From Caulobacteraceae bacterium (GTDB taxonomy: Bacteria; Pseudomonadota; Alphaproteobacteria; Caulobacterales; Aquidulcibacteraceae), in the NCBI GenBank assembly GCA_031379735.1, contig JANNFK010000031.1:162-64161 (forward strand): a stretch of DNA of 64,000 bases. The letters are read 5' to 3'. The notes beneath the pieces are model-generated. The model saw only the letters and a list, made by a program, of their open reading frames with translations. It had not been told where the DNA came from and did no database searches. The position numbers were made by a program, and so were the translations under genes. Position 1 is the first letter of the stretch. The number at the start of each line of letters is the position of its first letter. Below, in pieces: positions 19,041 to 28,574 of this stretch.

Positions 19041-20935
19041 TCAATGACCCCTTTTGTCGATGGCAACGAATCAGTTTCAATAGCAATGGCCTGACGCAAT
19101 GCGCGGCCTAGCGCCTTGAAGCACGCTTCCGTCTTGTGGTGATCGTTCTCTCCTGTGACGGAGACATGGATGGACGCTGCCATGCTCTGCGACAGCGAGC
19201 GGAAAACATGCTCGGTCATTTCCGTGGGATACTCGCCGAGCAGCGGCGCCTTGAAGGCGCCGTCGAACACCAAGTAGGGCCGCCCACCGAGATCGATGGA
19301 AATTTTAGCTTCCGTCTCATCCATCGGCAACACGAAGCCAAATCGCGCGATGCCGCGAGAATCTCCGAGCGCCTGCTTTAAAGCTTGGCCCAAGGCGAGC
19401 GCGCAATCTTCGATCGTGTGGTGGGTGTCGATGTCTAAATCGCCGGCGCAGTTCAGCGTGAGCGCGAAACCGCCGTGCTGCGCGACCTGGTCCAGCATGT
19501 GGTTGTAGAAGCCAACTCCGGTCTGCACCGAAGGCGGCGCACGCCGATCGAGGTCCACGGTTACGGCGATCTTCGTTTCACGTGTATCGCGAATAACTTC
19601 TGCACGACGGCGGCGAATGATAGGCGCGGCCGGGGTTTGCGCCGGCGCAGCTGCCGCGCGCACATCGGCGGCGCGCGCGTGCGCCTCCAATCCTTCGAGC
19701 CGCGCGAGGCGTGCGGTCGGTCCGGTCAAACGCGCTACACCCGCGGCGTCGATCTCTTGAATTGTGAACGCCTTCATAAAAGAAGCGGTGGTGACGCCCG
19801 ACCACGCCCGCGCCGCGGCATCCGTTGGCAGAACGTGGCTCGGACCAACCACATAGTCGCCGAACGACTCCGCGCCGTAGTGACCAACGAAAATCGCGCC
19901 CGCGTTGACAATGCCGCCCAGCACACGCGCCGGCTGCCCAACCGGCAGACACAAATGCTCCGGCGCGTAAGCGTTCGCGACGTCGACGGCCTCTTCGAGG
20001 TCGTGAACACAAATGAATCGCGCCTGCGCTAGCGAAGCGCGGGCGATGTCGCGCCGCGGCAAGGTCTCAAGCTGACGCTCGATTTCTTTCGTCACCGCCG
20101 CAATCAGCTCAAGCGACGGCGACACCAGCAACACCTGCGCGTCGCTGTCGTGTTCGGCCTGGCTCAGCAAGTCCGCCGCAACAAATGTGGGATCGGCACT
20201 CGCGTCGGCGATCACCATGAGCTCGCTAGGACCCGCGGGAAGATCGATAGCGGGTCCACCCGGCAGGCTCGTGGCGAGGCGCTTTGCTTCCGCGACATAC
20301 GCGTTGCCGGGGCCGAAAATCTTGTCGGCCTTCGGCAGGCCAGCGCCAAAGGCAAGTGCTGCAATCGCTTGTGCGCCACCGACGAGCCAAATGCCGGCTA
20401 TCTCACAGGCAGCCGCGGCCACGATGATTGCAGCATCAACGTCGCCTGTCTTTCCGGGCGGACTAACGAGCACACGATTGGGCACGCCCGCCGCGCGCGC
20501 CGGTTCGGCCAGCATGATAAGCGTGGAAACCAGCGGCGCAGTACCCGCCGGGACATAGAGGCCACATGCGGATATCGGGCGCCATACGCGCGTGGCGCGC
20601 ACGCCCGGAATCGTCTCTACCGCTTGGGCCTTCGGCGCTGTCGCCTCGTGGTAGAAACGCACCTGATCGACAGCGAAGTTAATCGCTTCGATATCTTTGC
20701 CGTCGAGCTTGGCGCGCGCGGCTTCGACGACCGCCGGGCTCAGCTCCAACCAACTTGGCGCTTGCCCATCCAACTTGACGGACCAACGCTCGACAGCGGC
20801 GGCGCCTTCGCGTTCGACTTCATCAAAGATACGGCGAACCACCTCTTCCACCGCTGCATCGCGACGCCTCTCGGGCCGGGCAAGCGCTGAGACGCGCTCA
20901 GTTCGTGAGAGTTCGCTCCAATCCAGAACCTTCAT
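19037..20935 (-). CDS. hisD: Fused histidinol dehydrogenase (about residues 1-430) and imidazoleglycerol-phosphate dehydratase (about residues 445-632)
   Basis: This is a single uninterrupted 632-aa frame. The HisD part contains SQAEHD and [11 protein letters not shown]. An Ala/Pro linker ([18 protein letters not shown], about 19607-19660) joins it to the IGPD part ([36 protein letters not shown]). There is no stop codon or start codon in the linker. Confidence 0.85.
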   Translation of the reverse strand: MKVLDWSELSRTERVSALARPERRRDAAVEEVVRRIFDEVEREGAAAVERWSVKLDGQAPSWLELSPAVVEAARAKLDGKDIEAINFAVDQVRFYHEATAPKAQAVETIPGVRATRVWRPISACGLYVPAGTAPLVSTLIMLAEPARAAGVPNRVLVSPPGKTGDVDAAIIVAAAACEIAGIWLVGGAQAIAALAFGAGLPKADKIFGPGNAYVAEAKRLATSLPGGPAIDLPAGPSELMVIADASADPTFVAADLLSQAEHDSDAQVLLVSPSLELIAAVTKEIERQLETLPRRDIARASLAQARFICVHDLEEAVDVANAYAPEHLCLPVGQPARVLGGIVNAGAIFVGHYGAESFGDYVVGPSHVLPTDAAARAWSGVTTASFMKAFTIQEIDAAGVARLTGPTARLARLEGLEAHARAADVRAAAAPAQTPAAPIIRRRRAEVIRDTRETKIAVTVDLDRRAPPSVQTGVGFYNHMLDQVAQHGGFALTLNCAGDLDIDTHHTIEDCALALGQALKQALGDSRGIARFGFVLPMDETEAKISIDLGGRPYLVFDGAFKAPLLGEYPTEMTEHVFRSLSQSMAASIHVSVTGENDHHKTEACFKALGRALRQAIAIETDSLPSTKGVIE

Positions 20936-20941
20936 CGCGCC

Positions 20942-21808
20942 TCACATCATCTTTTCGATGTTGAGCACGAGGATGGCGGATGCGCCGGCTGCTTTGAGCC
21001 GCTCAAGCGTTTCCCAGAAAACCGATTCCTGACACACGGCGTGCACCGCGACAGCATCGTCATTACCCGCAAGCGGCGTAACGGTCGGCGCACCGGCGCC
21101 CGGCAGAATGGCGGTTATTTCCGCCAGTGCGCTGCGCGGCGCGTTCATCATCACGTACTTTGCGCCCTGGCTCGCCGTAACTCCTCGAAAACGCTGGACC
21201 AAGCTTTCGGCCACGTGCTCCAGGTCCGCGTCTAATCTTGTTGGCGCGCGGATGAGCACCGCCTCGCTCTTCAGCACCGTATCGACCGCCGCGAGCCCGT
21301 TTGCTTCGAGCGTCGCGCCGGTGGAGACGAGGTCGCAAATCGCGCTCGCCAACTTCAATCGCGGCGCCACTTCAACGGCGCCGCTTATTTGAACGATCTC
21401 GGCGGTAACACCGTTTGCTTCCAAGAAGCGCGCCAGCGTACGCGGATACGTCGTCGCGATCCGCAGGCCTTCAAGCGACCGAGGGCCGTCATACTTGTAC
21501 CCATTTGGCGCCGCGATCTTGAGATCGCAACGTCCGTAACCCAGCGGCATTACTTCAGTCGAGGCGCCGGCGCCGCGCTCTTCCAACACGTTGCGACCCA
21601 CGATACCGAAGTCCGCGACGCCATCGTCGACAAATGTTGGAATGTCGTCATCGCGCACGCGCAGCAGATCGATAGGCGCGTTCTCGACGCGGTAGAGCAA
21701 CTCGTTTGCGCCCTTCACAATGCGCAGGCCCGCATCCTTGACCAGCTCAAGGCTTCTTTCGGCTAGGCGGCCGCTTTTTTGAAGCGCGATGCGAAGCCTG
21801 CCGCTCAT
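20942..21808 (-). CDS. hisG: ATP phosphoribosyltransferase, long form with C-terminal regulatory domain
   Basis: 288 aa, which is the long-form size. The N-terminus is LRIALQKSGRL, and the C-terminal HisG_C-like tail is ...HAVCQESVFWETLERLKAAGASAILVLNIEKMM. No hisZ is seen in the window. Confidence 0.85.
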   Translation of the reverse strand: MSGRLRIALQKSGRLAERSLELVKDAGLRIVKGANELLYRVENAPIDLLRVRDDDIPTFVDDGVADFGIVGRNVLEERGAGASTEVMPLGYGRCDLKIAAPNGYKYDGPRSLEGLRIATTYPRTLARFLEANGVTAEIVQISGAVEVAPRLKLASAICDLVSTGATLEANGLAAVDTVLKSEAVLIRAPTRLDADLEHVAESLVQRFRGVTASQGAKYVMMNAPRSALAEITAILPGAGAPTVTPLAGNDDAVAVHAVCQESVFWETLERLKAAGASAILVLNIEKMM

Positions 21809-22095
21809 GATTTTACGCCCGGCAAACGATCCAACACGCGGCGGTAGCCCCTATGCGGCATGTCCTTCAGAAAGCGCGCCACGCGCACAACCGTCGCGGT
21901 GCTCGACTTCGCCTCCTTCGCGATCTCTCGATAGGAAAGTGCGCCTGCGTCGAGCAGGCGCGCGACCAGCCAGCGCTCGGACAGCGCCCGGATCTCCCCG
22001 GGCGTACAAAGGTCCGCCAAAAACGCCTCGGTCTCCGCTCTCCCCTTCAGGGCAAGCAATGCATCTATGAGGTCGGGGCGAGCGGCTCGGGACAT
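21805..22095 (-). CDS. TrpR-like YerC/YecD family DNA-binding protein, first gene of the his operon
   Basis: 96 aa. The pattern FLADLCTPGEIRALSERW.....L..G.SYREIA...K.S.ATV.RV.R is typical of YerC/YecD. It overlaps hisG by 4 nt. Confidence 0.7.
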   Translation of the reverse strand: MSRAARPDLIDALLALKGRAETEAFLADLCTPGEIRALSERWLVARLLDAGALSYREIAKEAKSSTATVVRVARFLKDMPHRGYRRVLDRLPGVKS

Positions 22096-22276
22096 TGTCT
22101 TTGCGTGCTAACACGTTAATACAACGCTTGCAACAGGACGCTGCGCAAAATTATGCGGTCAGCGTTTCATCAAACCGCAACGCGGCGGCTAAACCCACAC
22201 TTGAGATGCGTCTACATTGTCCCGCGGGCGCTTACGCGCTTGTCTCCGCTTGGGCGCGCGCAGAGGGCTATATGAG

Positions 22277-22470
22277 CAAATCGCGGTTACCGAGGCGCCT
22301 GCGCTGGCGACAGCTTTCATACCCGGCATCGCATGCGCTCAAGATACAGCTCCCGAAGACGGCGACATCGTCGTCACAGCACGGCGAGTCGAAGAAAACA
22401 TCCAATCGGTCCCGATCCCAATCTCAGTGATCGGCGGCGATTTGGTTGAGGATTCGCGGGCGCACCGACG
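22277..22470 (+). pseudogene. Relic of the N-terminus (signal peptide plus start of plug domain) of a TonB-dependent receptor
   Basis: The frame reads ...APALATAFIPGIACAQDTAPEDGDIVVTARRVEENIQSVPIPISVIGGDLVED. This closely parallels the intact receptor at 50174 (AQDANDDTIIVTAQKREEDLQDVPMSIQALGEERLED). It ends after about 60 codons, where the 3' end of cysK begins. Confidence 0.6.
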
Positions 22471-22471
22471 C

Positions 22472-23473
22472 TCAGCGCAGCCAAGGCGGCGTCGGCAAAT
22501 CCTTTGAACGCAGAAACTCCGGATTAAACAGCCGGCTCATGTAACGGTTGCCGTAATCGCAAAGCACGGTGACGATGGTCTTGCCAGGGCCGAGCTTGCG
22601 CGCGAGCTGCACGGCGCCCAGTACGTTAAGCGCCGATGAGCCGCCGAGGCAGAGGCCCTCCTCCTGAACCAATTGATAGAGGACTGGCAGCCATTCCTTG
22701 TCTTCGATGCGGAACGCTTCGTCGACGACCACACCTTCAAGGTTCGCGGTGACACGGCCCTGGCCGATGCCTTCGGTGATCGACGTGCCTTCAGCTTTGA
22801 GCTGGCCATTCTTGTACCACTCGTAGAGCGCGGCGCCGCCGGGATCGGCGATGCCGATGACCACGTCCTTGTTGCGCGCCTTCAGGCTCATGCTGACACC
22901 GCCGAGCGTGCCACCGGAGCCGACAGCGCAGATAAAGCCATCGACCGTGCCGTTGGTATCGCGCCAGATCTCGGGGCCGGTGGTTTCCAAATGCCCTTGG
23001 CGATTGGCGACGTTGTCAAACTGGTTCGCCCAAATCGCGCCGTGCGGCTCGGTCTTGGCTTTGGCTTCGGCGAGGCGGCGCGCAACTTTCGGATAGTGAT
23101 CGTCGCTGGCGGCGGGTGCGGCGTCCACTTCCACCAATTCGGCGCCGAGCGCGATGACGGCATCTTTCTTCTCTTGGCTCTGCGTCCGCGGCATCACGAC
23201 AGTGACGCGATAGCCTTTTGCGGCGCCGATGAGCGCCAAGCCAATGCCGGTATTGCCAGCGGTGCCCTCAACGATAGCGCCACCGGGCTGCAGCAACCCT
23301 TTGCGCTCAGCGTCCTCAACAATCGAAAGCGCGGCGCGATCCTTGATTGACTGGCCGGGGTTCAGAAATTCGGCTTTGCCGAGGATGGTGCAGCCCGTCT
23401 CTTCGGACGCACGCTTCAACCTGATCAACGGTGTGTTGCCGATCGAGTCCAGAACCGAAGCGTACGGGGTCAT
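22472..23473 (-). CDS. cysK: Cysteine synthase (O-acetylserine sulfhydrylase family, PLP-dependent)
   Basis: Internal ATG at 23473 (MTPYASVLDSIGNTPLIRL). Motifs NPGQSIKDR and GTAGNTGIGLA are present. The longer track ORF would overlap fpr. Confidence 0.85.
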   Translation of the reverse strand: MTPYASVLDSIGNTPLIRLKRASEETGCTILGKAEFLNPGQSIKDRAALSIVEDAERKGLLQPGGAIVEGTAGNTGIGLALIGAAKGYRVTVVMPRTQSQEKKDAVIALGAELVEVDAAPAASDDHYPKVARRLAEAKAKTEPHGAIWANQFDNVANRQGHLETTGPEIWRDTNGTVDGFICAVGSGGTLGGVSMSLKARNKDVVIGIADPGGAALYEWYKNGQLKAEGTSITEGIGQGRVTANLEGVVVDEAFRIEDKEWLPVLYQLVQEEGLCLGGSSALNVLGAVQLARKLGPGKTIVTVLCDYGNRYMSRLFNPEFLRSKDLPTPPWLR

Positions 23474-23504
23474 GGCGTCCTGCTCTCTTTGCTTGGTCAA
23501 ATGA

Positions 23505-24311
23505 TTAGGCTGCAAAGGCGCGCTCCACAACGAACGTTCCCGGCTCGTGATTGGAGCCTTCGACGAATCCCGCACCAAGCGCGATCGCCTTCAAATCTTG
23601 CAACACACCAACCGAGCCGCAGATCATAATCCGATCCTTACTCGGATCGAAGCGCGGCGCCGCAAGCGCGTCAAAGAGCGCGCCATTGGAGATGAGCGCC
23701 GTGACCCGGCCTTCAAGGGCGTGATCGGCGCGTGTGAGACTGGTGACGTACTTCAGTTTCGCCGTGGCGGCTTCGCCGACCAACGGATCCGCCAAGGCGG
23801 CGGCCACCACTTCGCGGCCATACTCCAGTTCGGGCGCAGTGCGGCACGTGTGGGTAAGGATGATCTCATCGTAGCGCTCGTAAGTTTCTGGTTGGCGGAT
23901 CAGGCTGGCGAACGGCGCCACGCCAGTCCCGGTCGAAAACAAAAATAAACGGCGGCCAGGCGTCAGCGCGTCGAGCACCAGCGTACCAGTGGGTTTGCGA
24001 CCGATCAGAATTTCGTCGCCGGGCTGGATCGTTTGCAGGCGACTGGTGAGCGGACCATTCGGCGCCTTGATCGAATAGAAGGCAAGTTGATCGTCCCATG
24101 CTGGGCTTGCTATCGAATACGCGCGCAACAACGGCTTCGGGCCGTTCATCAACCCGATCATCACGAACTCGCCCGAGCGGAAGCGGAATGCCGCAGGCCG
24201 TTCGCACGTGAAGGCGAAAAGCTTGTCGGTGTAGTGCCGCACGTTTTCGACGCGGGCTGCATAGAGGTTCGGCGGCGGCGCCGATTGCGGAGCGATTGCT
24301 TGTTCGGTCAT
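23505..24311 (-). CDS. fpr: Ferredoxin--NADP+ reductase (bacterial Fpr type)
   Basis: 268 aa. It has the FAD-binding RAYSIASP motif and NAD-binding GTGVAPF. Confidence 0.8.
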   Translation of the reverse strand: MTEQAIAPQSAPPPNLYAARVENVRHYTDKLFAFTCERPAAFRFRSGEFVMIGLMNGPKPLLRAYSIASPAWDDQLAFYSIKAPNGPLTSRLQTIQPGDEILIGRKPTGTLVLDALTPGRRLFLFSTGTGVAPFASLIRQPETYERYDEIILTHTCRTAPELEYGREVVAAALADPLVGEAATAKLKYVTSLTRADHALEGRVTALISNGALFDALAAPRFDPSKDRIMICGSVGVLQDLKAIALGAGFVEGSNHEPGTFVVERAFAA

Positions 24312-24321
24312 CGAGGGAGGA

Positions 24322-25110
24322 TCAGCCTGCTAGCCTGCGCAGAGACGCTAAGAACGTCAGGTGGGGGTCAACGGCAACCATGATTTGATAAACTGACAGC
24401 GACACGACGAAGCAGCCGATCGTGCCCATAAGCGCGCGAGGGCGAACAATGCTTACCGCAAACGCCGCGATCGGCGCGGCGATCACCCCGCCTATGAGCA
24501 GCCCGAGAATGTCAGTCCAGCGAACGCTGCCCAAGGTGAAGAAGAATGACGCGGAGATCGCGACGGTCACTAGAAACTCTGATGTGTTGACTGAGCCGAC
24601 GGTTTCGCGCGGCGCGTGACCGCGGCCGAGCAGCGTGGTGGTGACGACCGGCCCCCAGCCACCGCCGCCGGCGGCGTCTAGAAAGCCACCGATCAATCCC
24701 ACACGTTTGATGCGCTTGATGCCATCTTCTGGCGGCTTCAATGGTCCGCGCAGCGCGAGGAACAGCACGAAGACGCCCATGCCGAGCAGGTATAGCGAGA
24801 CGATCGGCTTCATGATCGCAACAGGAAGGTAGGAGACCGTCAGCGCGCCAATGATGCCACCGGCAATGCCCGCGGGCGCGAGCCGCCAAACCAAATCCCA
24901 TTGCACGTTCTTGCGCCAGATGTGTGACGCACCTGATGCACCGGTGGTGAACATCTCAGCCGTGTGAACGGCGGCACTCGCTGCTGCCGGCGGAACGCCG
25001 AACGCAAGCAAAAATGATGTCGACACCAAGCCGTAGGCCATGCCTAGCGCGCCGTCGACGAGTTGGGCGACAAAGCCGACCAACATCGACTGCCAGAAAA
25101 AAGGATCCAT
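24322..25110 (-). CDS. TSUP / TauE-SafE (DUF81) family anion permease; candidate sulfate or sulfite transporter of the operon
   Basis: 262 aa with about 8 TM helices and the internal duplication typical of DUF81. It is embedded in the sulfate-assimilation operon. Confidence 0.7.
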   Translation of the reverse strand: MDPFFWQSMLVGFVAQLVDGALGMAYGLVSTSFLLAFGVPPAAASAAVHTAEMFTTGASGASHIWRKNVQWDLVWRLAPAGIAGGIIGALTVSYLPVAIMKPIVSLYLLGMGVFVLFLALRGPLKPPEDGIKRIKRVGLIGGFLDAAGGGGWGPVVTTTLLGRGHAPRETVGSVNTSEFLVTVAISASFFFTLGSVRWTDILGLLIGGVIAAPIAAFAVSIVRPRALMGTIGCFVVSLSVYQIMVAVDPHLTFLASLRRLAG

Positions 25111-25118
25111 GGCCCCGC

Positions 25119-25667
25119 CTAAACTAAACCGTGATGCGCCAAGCGCTCACGTGCGTCCGTCACCAGCGCATCAAAACTCGCACGGTGTGCGCGCAACTTT
25201 TCCCGTGACGCGGCAATCTCATCGAGCGCTTCCTCCCAAGCGGGCGGAAAGGCCTTCTCCAAACGTTCACGCGCAGCGCGCGCAACGGCGGGACTCGCGC
25301 CGCCAGTGCCGGCGGTGAGCGTTAGCCGGCCGCGTCGAACTACCGCTGGCGTATGAAAATCGCAGAGCGAGACAACATCTTCGACATTGACAAGCACGCC
25401 GGCGGCACGCGCTGCCTCGGCGAGCGGCGTTGCTTCTTCGATGGTGAGATCAGCAATCCAGATCGCGTGATAACCGGCGATGTCGGTTGTAGTTGGAAGG
25501 CGCCGTAGGATTTCCGCCGTGGCGGCAAGTTCGCTGGCTGGAGCGTCGGACCAGACGTCAGGCGCAGCGCCTGCGGCTTTTAACCAGACCAAGCGGCGTA
25601 CGGTAAGCGCGCCCCGACCAACGAGCGCGATGCGCGTATCCGCGGGATCGAGATAAATCGGGATCAT
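25119..25667 (-). CDS. Precorrin-2 dehydrogenase / sirohydrochlorin ferrochelatase (CysG N-terminal, SirC/Met8-like)
   Basis: The start is set at the ATG (25665-25667) that overlaps the cobA stop (ATGA). The 182-aa protein begins MIPIYLDPADTRIALVGRGALTVRRL (Rossmann-like). The upstream 178 codons of track ORF 25119..26201 overlap cobA out of frame and are rejected. Confidence 0.6.
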   Translation of the reverse strand: MIPIYLDPADTRIALVGRGALTVRRLVWLKAAGAAPDVWSDAPASELAATAEILRRLPTTTDIAGYHAIWIADLTIEEATPLAEAARAAGVLVNVEDVVSLCDFHTPAVVRRGRLTLTAGTGGASPAVARAARERLEKAFPPAWEEALDEIAASREKLRAHRASFDALVTDARERLAHHGLV

Positions 25668-26404
25668 GCCGCGATGACTTCCGCGAGTTGACGCGCTTCG
25701 GCGAGGACGTCGCCGATGATCATCAAGGCTGGGCCGTCGCCGAGTTCGGCGGCCAAAGCCGGAAGATCGGCGAGCGACCCGCGCACGATGCGTTCGTTGC
25801 TGGTCGAGGCGCTTTCGATCAACGCCACAGGACGAGACGCCGGCACGCCGCGTTCGATCAGTGCACGCGTGACACGCTGCGCTTGCAGTGCGCCCATGTA
25901 GATGATCGCGGTTTCGGCGGCGGCGGCGGCGTCCGCCCAGTGCGTATCTCCTTCTGCGCCGCGCGCGACGGTGGGTGTCACGAACGTCACCGAACGCGAC
26001 ACGCCGCGCGCCGTGAGTGAAACACCGAGCGAAGAAGCGGCGGCGAAGCCGGCGCTGATACCGGGGACAGTGACAACTGCAACGCCAGCGTCGCGGCAGG
26101 ATTTCAGTTCTTCGGTGGCCCGGCCAAAGAGATTTGGGTCGCCGCCCTTGAGCCGGACGACAACGGCGTTGCGCGCAGCCATGCGCACCAACAGCCGGCA
26201 AATGAAACGCTGATCGACCGAGGCGCGATTGGCGCGCTTACCAACATTGTAGAGCTTCGCCTTGGCAGCAAGCGCCAGCACTTCGTCGCTGACGAGCGCG
26301 TCATGCAGCACGATGTCTGCTTCGGTCAAGAGCTTGGCTGCACGCAGCGTTAGCAGGTCAGCGGCGCCAGGGCCGGCGCCAACGAGATAGACAGTACTGC
26401 TCAT
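25664..26404 (-). CDS. cobA: Uroporphyrinogen-III C-methyltransferase (SUMT)
   Basis: N-terminus VYLVGAGPGAADLLTLRAAKLLTEADIVLHDALV, 246 aa. Confidence 0.85.
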   Translation of the reverse strand: MSSTVYLVGAGPGAADLLTLRAAKLLTEADIVLHDALVSDEVLALAAKAKLYNVGKRANRASVDQRFICRLLVRMAARNAVVVRLKGGDPNLFGRATEELKSCRDAGVAVVTVPGISAGFAAASSLGVSLTARGVSRSVTFVTPTVARGAEGDTHWADAAAAAETAIIYMGALQAQRVTRALIERGVPASRPVALIESASTSNERIVRGSLADLPALAAELGDGPALMIIGDVLAEARQLAEVIAA

Positions 26405-27645
26405 GACACGGCCTCTCGGATCATTCCCGCCGCGCAGGTCTGATTGGTTAGCGGATTGAAGAGTACGAACGAGCCCACGCCAGGCGCGTCCGCAAAAAGA
26501 TCGCCAAGGATCGAATCACGCGTGCTGACGCGGACATTGGCGATGTCGTTCAACTTCAGCGCCGAAGCGTGTTCCCGGCGCGAAAAATCGACGATGTCGT
26601 GAGTGAAGTTGATGTCCTCAATGAGCGCCTGGGTTTCGAGCGAGCCTTGGCGCAACACGTAACGCCGGCCTTTGGTCCAGGCATCTTCATCGAGCCAGCA
26701 GATATCCGCGACGACATCGCGGACATAGCGCACCTCTGGCGCGGAGATCACGTCGCCGCGCGTGACGTCACGCTCTTCCGACAATTCGATCGCAACGGAA
26801 GCGCCGGTTCCGGCGGCGTCAACGGCGTGGCCGCCAATGCGTACGGAGACAACAGTCGCGGGTTGGCGCTGGGGGCCTGCGACAACGGCGTCGCCCGGAC
26901 GCACATCGCCAAGTTCAATACGCCCGGCGTAGAGACGCGTGACGCCATCTCGGATAAGCGTCTGCACGGGAAGGCGCAGCGGCGCGCCCTTACGCACCCG
27001 GTTACGCCGGCTGCGTTCGATGACGTCAATCAGCGCCGGGCCGGTCCACCAGTCAGCGCCGCCTTTGCGGACGACATTGTCGCCGCGGCGGGCTGAGATC
27101 GGCACGCAAACGATGTCGCGAAGACCGAGCGACGCAGCGAGATCAGCAAAAGCGGCTTCGACTTCATCGAAGCGCCGCTTTGACCAATCGACCGCGTCCA
27201 TCTTGTTCACGGCGACAATGACATCGAGACCCATCAGCGCCGCGATCGCCGCGTGGCGGCGAGTCTGCGGCTTCAACACGCCGTCGAGAACGCGGCTGGC
27301 GTCGATAACGACGACGGCAACGTCAGAGACGCTGGCGGCCGTGACCATATTGCGCGTGTATTGTTCGTGGCCCGGCGCGTCGGCAATGATGAAGCTCGCT
27401 TTCGGCGTCGCGAAGTAACGATAAGCAACGTCGATTGTGATGCCCTGCTCGCGTTCGGCTTCAAGACCATCAGTAAGGGCCGCGAGATCGGTATCATCGA
27501 GCGCATCGACTTGGTCGCGCATCAGCGACCCAGAATCGAGAAGCAAGCGCCCGATCAACGTCGACTTTCCGTCATCGACGCTGCCTGCTGTCATGAAGCG
27601 AATCTGGTCGCCGGACGATGACGGGCGAAAGGTTGCGCCGTCCAT
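26401..27645 (-). CDS. cysN: Sulfate adenylyltransferase subunit 1 (GTPase only, no APS-kinase domain)
   Basis: The start is at the ATG overlapping the cysD stop (ATGA at 27643-27647). It has the G1 motif GSVDDGKSTLIGRLL. At 414 aa it is too short to carry a CysC fusion. Confidence 0.85.
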   Translation of the reverse strand: MDGATFRPSSSGDQIRFMTAGSVDDGKSTLIGRLLLDSGSLMRDQVDALDDTDLAALTDGLEAEREQGITIDVAYRYFATPKASFIIADAPGHEQYTRNMVTAASVSDVAVVVIDASRVLDGVLKPQTRRHAAIAALMGLDVIVAVNKMDAVDWSKRRFDEVEAAFADLAASLGLRDIVCVPISARRGDNVVRKGGADWWTGPALIDVIERSRRNRVRKGAPLRLPVQTLIRDGVTRLYAGRIELGDVRPGDAVVAGPQRQPATVVSVRIGGHAVDAAGTGASVAIELSEERDVTRGDVISAPEVRYVRDVVADICWLDEDAWTKGRRYVLRQGSLETQALIEDINFTHDIVDFSRREHASALKLNDIANVRVSTRDSILGDLFADAPGVGSFVLFNPLTNQTCAAGMIREAVS

Positions 27646-28574
27646 CAGAAATAGCCTTCGACTTTGCGGCGTTCCATGGCGGCAGCGTTGGCGCGATCGT
27701 CCATGCGCGTGGCGCCGCGTTCGGAGATGACCGTCGACAGCGTTTCCAACAACACTTGCTCGGGGCCCGACGCGGAGCTTTCTACCGGGCACGTGCAAGT
27801 TACGTCGCCGACGGTGCGGAAGCGCACCGAGAGACGCTCAACGAGATCGGTATCCTTCGCAGGCGTGAGCTCGGTAACCGGAAAGAGCAAATCGTCGCGG
27901 CGCACGACATCGCGGCGGTGGGTGTAATAGAGGCTGGGGAGTTCAATGCGCTCTTGGGCAATGTAGGCCCAGACGTCGGCTTCGGTCCAATTCGAGATCG
28001 GGAAGACGCGCATGTGTTCGCCAGCGCCGAGGTGGCGATTGAACAGGCCCCACAATTCCGGACGTTGCGCGCGCGGACGCCACGAGCCGAATGCATCACG
28101 ATGAGAGAACACACGCTCCTTGGCGCGCGCTTTTTCTTCGTCGCGACGGGCGCCGCCGATCAACGCGTCGAACTCGAACTCTTGTTGAGCTTCGAGCAAT
28201 GTAACGGCTTGCGCGGCGTTGCGGCTGGCGTTGGGCGCAGCCAATTGAACGCTGCCGCGCTGGATGGAATCTTCCACGTCACGGACGATGAGCTGCATGC
28301 GGGTTTCGGCGGCGCGTTTGTCGCGGAAGGCAATCACGTCCGGGAAATTGTGCCCCGTATCGATGTGCAGGAGCTTGAACGCCGGACGCTGCGGCGCGAA
28401 CGCTTTCAGCGCCAAATGCAGCAGCACGGCAGAATCCTTGCCGCCTGAAAAGAGCAACGCCGGGCGCGAAAACGCGGCGAGCTCTCGGAGGATATAAACA
28501 GCCTCCGCCTCCAGGCGCTGCAAACGCGCCGTTCCCGGCTGCGCCGCGATGCTAATCCCCGCCTCGCCGCTCAT
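27645..28574 (-). CDS. cysD: Sulfate adenylyltransferase subunit 2
   Basis: The start is at the ATG overlapping the cysH stop (28572-28576). The pattern is LQRLEAEAVYILRE...FSGGKDSAVLLHL (PAPS-reductase-fold ATP pyrophosphatase), 309 aa. Confidence 0.85.
   Translation of the reverse strand: MSGEAGISIAAQPGTARLQRLEAEAVYILRELAAFSRPALLFSGGKDSAVLLHLALKAFAPQRPAFKLLHIDTGHNFPDVIAFRDKRAAETRMQLIVRDVEDSIQRGSVQLAAPNASRNAAQAVTLLEAQQEFEFDALIGGARRDEEKARAKERVFSHRDAFGSWRPRAQRPELWGLFNRHLGAGEHMRVFPISNWTEADVWAYIAQERIELPSLYYTHRRDVVRRDDLLFPVTELTPAKDTDLVERLSVRFRTVGDVTCTCPVESSASGPEQVLLETLSTVISERGATRMDDRANAAAMERRKVEGYF

Noticed and set aside
22109-22118. Palindrome TAAC-AC-GTTA upstream of the YerC-like gene as the his operator
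   Set aside because: The arms are only 4 bp and it lies 14 nt from the start codon. That is too weak to call without comparative data, so it is mentioned only inside the YerC finding.
25668-26201. N-terminal 178 codons of track ORF 25119-26201
   Set aside because: This part overlaps cobA out of frame and is Arg-rich nonsense. The recognisable siroheme-synthase N-domain starts at the ATG that overlaps the cobA stop (25665-25667).
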